A stretch of 64,000 nt of DNA from an uncultured Acidobacteriota bacterium (lineage in GTDB: Bacteria; Acidobacteriota; Thermoanaerobaculia; Multivoradales; JAHEKO01), in contig CAVQNG010000004.1 of the NCBI GenBank assembly GCA_963713825.1, positions 224,001 through 288,000 of the forward strand, read 5' to 3'. Made by a program: the position numbers and the translations under genes. The notes below the pieces were generated by a model. That model saw nothing but the letters and a program-made list of their open reading frames with translations, had not been told where the DNA came from and ran no database searches. Numbering within the stretch: the first letter of the stretch is position 1; every line of letters begins with the position of its first letter. Positions 58,931 through 64,000 of the stretch are shown here, in pieces.

Positions 58931-60515
58931 CCTGTTGCCCTTCCTTCTGCGCCAATCGCTGTCGCAGGGCATTGCGGTCAATCTTGCCGGTCGGCGTCCG
59001 CGGCATGGCCTCGACGACCGTGATGTCCTCCGGCAAGCTGTGTTGAGGCAGAACGCTCTTCAATCGAGAGAGGACGTCACGGCGTCCGGGCCACCCGCGG
59101 TCCGCGACCACCACCACCGACTGAAGAGCCCAGCTTCCCTCTCCGTCCGGGACGGTGAAAGCAGCGGCCTCCTCGACCGGATCGAGTGTCAGCAGCGCCA
59201 TCTCGATCTCCTCGAGCTCCACACGGTGTCCCCGAATCTTGACCTGGCGATCGGCCCGTGTGACAAACGTCAGATTGCCATCTGCGCGCACCCGGACCCT
59301 GTCCCCGGTGCGGAAGTAGATCTCTTCGAGGTCGCCACCGACCGGCCGCCGAATCAGGACTTCGCGGCTGCGCTGCGGTTCGCCCCAATAGCCCGACATG
59401 ACCGTCGAACCGCGGACAAGCAACTCCCCCACCTCGCCATCGGGTACCGAACGAAGCTCGCTATCGACAACCGCGGTGCTCGAAGTCCAGCACGCCTTAC
59501 CGATGGGAACCGGGTTCTCGAACGACTCCCCCTCGGGCAGATGGTAGTAGGTACAGACATTGACCTCGGTCGAACCGTAGACGTGACTGAAACGAGCCTC
59601 CGGCAGCTGTCTTTTGATCCGGCGTAGGTGCTTGTTGGGAAAAATCTCACCGGCGAAAAGGACCCATCGCAGGCAGGACAAGTCTCTCGCCTCGAGATCG
59701 CCGCGCACCGACAGCTGAACGAGGGCGGTGGGCACCGAGTACCACACCGAGACTCGCTCCTTTTCGAGCCCGGCCGAGAGGCTGCCGGGCATCATCAGCA
59801 TGGCCGGCGTCAAGATCACGGTGGTAGCGCCGGCACGGGCAGCGGCGTAGTAGTCGAAGGTGGCGAAGCAGGTGTGATGCGACGAGTGGTTGCTAAGGCG
59901 ATCGTCACCGTTCAATGAATACTCATCGACAGCCCAGTCGACGAAGCTCATCGCGCTCCGATGCGTGTGGAGAATCAGCTTCGGGGTGCCAGTCGTGCCC
60001 GAGGTATGAAGGATGTAGGACGGATCCATGTCGATGACCTCGACGCCGGGTGGCCGGTCGGTGGCCGCCTCGGAGACGTCCGACCATGGATGGCATCGTC
60101 GAGGCCTGTCGGTCTCGGCCGCCTCCAACCCCACTACATGTTCCACCCATGGACAGCGCTCGAGTACATTGACCACGAGCTGTTGCTTGCCCGGTTCCGT
60201 GACGAGATACCTGGCTCCGGTAGCCCGCAAGATCCGAGCGACCCTCTCGACTGGAGATCGGGGATCAATCGGCACCAGGACTCCGCCCGCCGCGAGCACC
60301 CCGTAAAAGCCCACGGGCACCTTCAGTCCTTTACTGAGCAGGACCGCGACGCGGTTCCGGCGCTGCAGTCCGGCCTCCAATAGGACTCCTGCAAGGCCGT
60401 TCGAGTGCCGGGCCAGCTGCTCGTAGCTCAAGGCCTCGCCATCACAGCGGACGGCGCAAGCGTCGGGATGACGCAGTGCGGCCTCGTCGATCATGCGGTG
60501 GACCAGCATTACCAT
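58923..60515 (-). CDS. Stand-alone adenylation enzyme, PltF/RedM-like, with altered pocket (CFFYLAVVCK)
   Basis: YILHTSGTTGTPK, SFVDWA, VWYSVPTAL, VLFAGE.FP, TEVNVCTYY, FRTGD, PTGKIDR; GGAGG RBS before ATG 60515. Confidence 0.85.
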   Translation of the reverse strand: MVMLVHRMIDEAALRHPDACAVRCDGEALSYEQLARHSNGLAGVLLEAGLQRRNRVAVLLSKGLKVPVGFYGVLAAGGVLVPIDPRSPVERVARILRATGARYLVTEPGKQQLVVNVLERCPWVEHVVGLEAAETDRPRRCHPWSDVSEAATDRPPGVEVIDMDPSYILHTSGTTGTPKLILHTHRSAMSFVDWAVDEYSLNGDDRLSNHSSHHTCFATFDYYAAARAGATTVILTPAMLMMPGSLSAGLEKERVSVWYSVPTALVQLSVRGDLEARDLSCLRWVLFAGEIFPNKHLRRIKRQLPEARFSHVYGSTEVNVCTYYHLPEGESFENPVPIGKACWTSSTAVVDSELRSVPDGEVGELLVRGSTVMSGYWGEPQRSREVLIRRPVGGDLEEIYFRTGDRVRVRADGNLTFVTRADRQVKIRGHRVELEEIEMALLTLDPVEEAAAFTVPDGEGSWALQSVVVVADRGWPGRRDVLSRLKSVLPQHSLPEDITVVEAMPRTPTGKIDRNALRQRLAQKEGQQDD

Positions 60516-60648
60516 CTGTCGCTTTCCGACCTCCCGTCCACGGGATCGGCCAGCGAGCAGCACACCGTGGCAGTCACTGCCAGGCGCGATCCTTCGAGAC
60601 AACACCACCCGGTCGAGGACGACCGAACTAGGGCCGCAAGAGAAGCGT

Positions 60649-61923
60649 TCATGGACTCACCGTTCGGAGCAGCGATTTCACCCGCTTGGTCAAATGGAAG
60701 TCGAGGCCGAAAGCCCGTTCGACCATCCAAACACAAGACACCAGAATCATCACGATGGCGGCCACCGGCAAGACCAGATTGCGGTAGATGGCCACCCTCC
60801 GTATCAGAAACAGCGCCGGGAACAACACTGCCACGATGAAGAGGACACCAACTCCGATTCCCAGATCGAACGCGAAGAGAGACAGGCCGAAGTTCTCGCC
60901 GAGGACGCCGAGACCCGAGATCGCAGCAGCGAAACCGAAACCATGAAACCAGCCGCAGACCAAGACGACGATCCACTTCCGACTTCGAAACAGTGGGATC
61001 AGGATGTTGGCCGCTGCCAGTGCCACCGTCAAGGCAATGGCCACCTCGACCAGACGCTCCGGCAGACGGAGCGCTCCCAGCGCAGCGAGGGCCAGCGTCA
61101 GGCTGTAACCGACGATGTAGGCGACAACCAGCTTGGCGAGATCGAGAAACGCCGGCTTGAACTCATCCACCGGCTGCCATGCTCCGTCGGTCCCGCGGAC
61201 CAGCACTGCCGGCAACAGCAATGCGATCAGGAACAGAGCGTGGTCGAAGCCGAACAGCATGTGCTCGAGCCCCAGGACCAGAACCGCGATGAATCCACGC
61301 AGTCGACCCGAGGAAGTCAAATCGAGCTGCTGACGTCGACCGCCAGAGCTGAAGACCAACGCAATCTGGTTCTCGTTCGCGAACGTCCCTGTTGCCCAGT
61401 TGTGCTCGATCAGCAGGTAGCCGCGGTGGTCGGGATCCTCATCCAAGAGGACCGAATAGTCGACGGTCAGAACGTCGGGAACGTCGTCGAAGCCACTGAG
61501 GTCGAAGGAGAGCAGGGCAAAACCATCGTGGGCCTGGAGATACTCGTGGGTGGTGAATTCGATGGCCAGAGGTCCCTGCTCTGAGGACAGCTTCACGTGT
61601 TCGAGGTAGTAGTCGTGCAGAAAGCCGATTCTCGCGTCGAGGTTGTCCTCCGTGATCTCGCCCTCAGTACCCGAAAACCCGAGCGCCGGATTCAGGTCCG
61701 AGAGCGCTATCTCGAAGCGTCCGCCCAGGCTTTCCGGGTAGACCTGGAGATAGAGGTAGCTCTCGCCCGTGTTGTGAGCACCCATCGGACCCGTCGAAAA
61801 GGCGATCAACGCGATGCAGAGCATCCACCGCAAGGCCTTACCGACCGGTGTCGAAGCGGTTGGAGCTATGCGGCGTTCTGCTGCCGTCGGCTTGGTTCTG
61901 TAAAACAGTTCGAGTCCGCTCAT
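60649..61923 (-). CDS. HupE/UreJ-like membrane protein with N-terminal extracytoplasmic domain
   Basis: Signal ...GAH, LGLEHMLFGFDH.LF, SLTL.LA, VE.AIA, HGFGFA, F.LG; its ATG overlaps the upstream stop. Confidence 0.78.
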   Translation of the reverse strand: MSGLELFYRTKPTAAERRIAPTASTPVGKALRWMLCIALIAFSTGPMGAHNTGESYLYLQVYPESLGGRFEIALSDLNPALGFSGTEGEITEDNLDARIGFLHDYYLEHVKLSSEQGPLAIEFTTHEYLQAHDGFALLSFDLSGFDDVPDVLTVDYSVLLDEDPDHRGYLLIEHNWATGTFANENQIALVFSSGGRRQQLDLTSSGRLRGFIAVLVLGLEHMLFGFDHALFLIALLLPAVLVRGTDGAWQPVDEFKPAFLDLAKLVVAYIVGYSLTLALAALGALRLPERLVEVAIALTVALAAANILIPLFRSRKWIVVLVCGWFHGFGFAAAISGLGVLGENFGLSLFAFDLGIGVGVLFIVAVLFPALFLIRRVAIYRNLVLPVAAIVMILVSCVWMVERAFGLDFHLTKRVKSLLRTVSP

Positions 61924-63065
61924 CCGAGCCCCCTGAGTCCAGCAATCAGATTTCGTTGGATCTCGGAAGTACCGACGTAGAGTGTCGTGGCGAGGGCGTC
62001 ACGCAGCTCTCGCTCCAGTTCGTAGTCGACCATGTATCCGTAGCCTCCGAAGATCTGCACCGCACTGCGACAGATCGCCACGTACGCCTCGCTAGTGGCG
62101 AGTTTGGCGAGGGCCGACTCCCGGGCCGCAATACCGTGAGCCGACCGATGCCAGGCGGCCCGGTACAGCAAGAGACGAGCCGACTCCAGCTGTAGCTCCA
62201 TATCGGCGATGCAGTGGGCAATCGACTGATGGCTGCCGATCGGAACCGAGCCTGCAGTTCGCTGGCGAGCATGATCGACACAGCGCTCCAAGATCCGCTG
62301 CATCACCCCGACAGCCGGAGCCATCACCAGTATCCGCTCCACATCCATCGTATGGTTGAAGATCATCATCCCGGAACCGATCTGCCCCACGACTGCCGAG
62401 CCCGAAACGCGAGAATTCTCCAGAAAGAGTTGTGACATCGGACTGGTTCGCAGTCCCATCTTCTCGATCGGTTCTCCCACCGTCAGCCCTGCGGTGTCCC
62501 TGGGGATCAGGAAGCAGCTGAGACCAGCCAAACCGCTGCCTCCCGTCCGAGCGTAGATGATGAAGAGATCCGCTACCGGAGCGTTGGTGACAAACGTTTT
62601 CGATCCGTTCAGGATCCAGTCTCCATTCTCCTCGACCGCCGTGGTCTCGAGCGCGAATGCGTCCGAACCCGAGTTCGGTTCCGTGATTCCGGTGGCACCG
62701 ATCGCAGTGCCCGATGCCAACCGTGGCAGCCACTCGTCCTTTTGCGCGTCACTTCCGAACGCACAGAGCGGGCCGGCACACGACGCGGCATGCGCGGTGA
62801 CCGAGAAGACCAGTCCGTTGTCCAGAGCCCCATACCCGGCGCCCTCGAGCACAGCGACAGCGGTCAGCAGATCGTGCCCCGTGCCCTGCCATTGCTCGGG
62901 GATCATGATGCCCTGCAAGCCGAACTCGGCGCACGCATCCCACAGCTCTCGAGAGAACCGGCCGGCGCGATCGCGCTCGATCACTGCGTCGACCAGGCGA
63001 CTCGAGGCAAACTCCACGGCGCCGCGGTTTAGCCTCGTTTGGTCATCGGTCCAGTCGAACTCCAC
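61920..63065 (-). CDS. Acyl-CoA dehydrogenase family, prolyl-PCP dehydrogenase-like (PltE/RedW/AnaB)
   Basis: GYGALDNGLVFS..AH...C..P...FG, TEPNSGSDA, KMGLRTSP, M..ER, GGYGY, GTSEIQR; GGAGG RBS. Confidence 0.85.
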   Translation of the reverse strand: MEFDWTDDQTRLNRGAVEFASSRLVDAVIERDRAGRFSRELWDACAEFGLQGIMIPEQWQGTGHDLLTAVAVLEGAGYGALDNGLVFSVTAHAASCAGPLCAFGSDAQKDEWLPRLASGTAIGATGITEPNSGSDAFALETTAVEENGDWILNGSKTFVTNAPVADLFIIYARTGGSGLAGLSCFLIPRDTAGLTVGEPIEKMGLRTSPMSQLFLENSRVSGSAVVGQIGSGMMIFNHTMDVERILVMAPAVGVMQRILERCVDHARQRTAGSVPIGSHQSIAHCIADMELQLESARLLLYRAAWHRSAHGIAARESALAKLATSEAYVAICRSAVQIFGGYGYMVDYELERELRDALATTLYVGTSEIQRNLIAGLRGLG

Positions 63066-63201
63066 TTGTCCTCCGATCCGAGATTCGGCCTGTGCTCAGA
63101 CTCTCTGTGCCGGGCCCTTCTGCGTTTCGCCCCTACCGCCGTGCGCCAGGCGCGCTCGATTCCTGCGCAGCCCTGACGCTGTGGGCCCGAATCGAATTAG
63201 G

Positions 63202-63210
63202 ATTATGACA
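63202..63210 (-). promoter_or_regulatory. Putative extended -10 promoter (TGtCATAAT) for the starter/NRPS operon
   Basis: TG-N-CATAAT on the minus strand ~135 nt upstream of GTG 63065. Confidence 0.35.
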
Positions 63211-63237
63211 CCACTCGTGCGGCATGGCGGGGGTGGC

Positions 63238-63999
63238 TCAAGGCGGCTTCAATGGCCCTTCGAGGCCTACCGTTCTCGGGGTCCAGTCCCGCAGGCTGAT
63301 GGTCGCATCCGGCTGAGTCACGGCCAAAGCCGCTGCGAAGCCCGGGGCGACTCTCAAGCGGTGCACGAAGCCCTTCGTCTCTGAGTCGCGGGGGTCCACC
63401 CCTACGACCTCGGCGTGGGTGTCATCGGAAACGAGACGGATCTCGAAGCGGCTGAGCGGCACGGACAGACCTCCACCTCGAGCCTTGACCCAGGCTTCTT
63501 TGCACGTCCAGTAGTCGAAGAACAGTAGGGATCGGACCTCGGGTAGCGCCGCGGCGATCGCGGCGGCCTCGGCTGGCGTGAAGTACCTCGAGGCAATCTC
63601 GGTGTGGTCCATGTCGTCTCGGATCTTCTCCAGATCGATACCCAATTCCCGGCGCACGGCGACTGCGAGCAGAGCCATCCCATGGGAATGACTCGTATTG
63701 AAGCCGAGGTCCTCCCATGCCCTCTTGCCGACCAACCGAGGCTTGTCCTGAGGACCGTAATCGAAGCGAAGATTCCGCGGATTCTCCTGCAGGTAGAGGG
63801 CGAGCACGGTGCGGAGCTGTCCCCGACGCACGATGAAGTGCCGACGAAGCTCCTGGAACGAGAATCGCGACGCCCTGTGCAGCTCGTCTTCACTCAACAG
63901 CGACCTCAGGGAATGCACGACCCCATCGGACACGCTCAGAGAGGCGCGCCAGACGTGCACCTGGGTGTCGGTCAGATCAGGGCTGGAGGATTCGCTCAA
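63238..63999 (-). CDS. Sfp-type 4'-phosphopantetheinyl transferase (5' end at window edge)
   Basis: LSEDE..RA.RF, FNTSHS, LGIDLE, FF..WTCKEA.VKA.G.GL. Confidence 0.92.
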   Translation of the reverse strand: MSESSSPDLTDTQVHVWRASLSVSDGVVHSLRSLLSEDELHRASRFSFQELRRHFIVRRGQLRTVLALYLQENPRNLRFDYGPQDKPRLVGKRAWEDLGFNTSHSHGMALLAVAVRRELGIDLEKIRDDMDHTEIASRYFTPAEAAAIAAALPEVRSLLFFDYWTCKEAWVKARGGGLSVPLSRFEIRLVSDDTHAEVVGVDPRDSETKGFVHRLRVAPGFAAALAVTQPDATISLRDWTPRTVGLEGPLKPP

Positions 64000-64000
64000 A

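Overview
GC-rich bacterial window, probably from an acidobacterium (GWxTD and acidobacterial VWA proteins). Positions 1-19 kb and 27-39 kb are mostly housekeeping genes: mglA-like, nrdR, lon, thiL, msrC, aroA, lpxH, mrp, plsC, mlaEFD, UDP-sugar genes, yggX, fabH, folE, rlmD, RNase Z-like. They also include a UGA-recoded SelW/Rdx selenoprotein with a SECIS-like hairpin, a degenerate ClpX paralogue and an archaeal-type GAPDH-like gene. Positions 19-27 kb hold an AraC/outer-membrane/arylsulfatase islet with one frameshifted gene. The main feature is an approximately 24 kb cluster (40.3-64 kb, open at the right edge) joining an NRPS line to surface-glycan machinery. Its NRPS part is a PltF/PltL/PltE-like starter triad whose A domain has lost the conserved Asp235, an Asn-type C-A-T module interrupted by an AlbIV/CysH-like SGGKDS domain, and a His-type C-A-T-TE module. 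These sit among GT1/GT2/GT4/GT-C glycosyltransferases, two sulfotransferases, a methyltransferase, a Wzx flippase, a HupE/UreJ protein and a PPTase. All calls come from motif reading by eye; no database searches were run.
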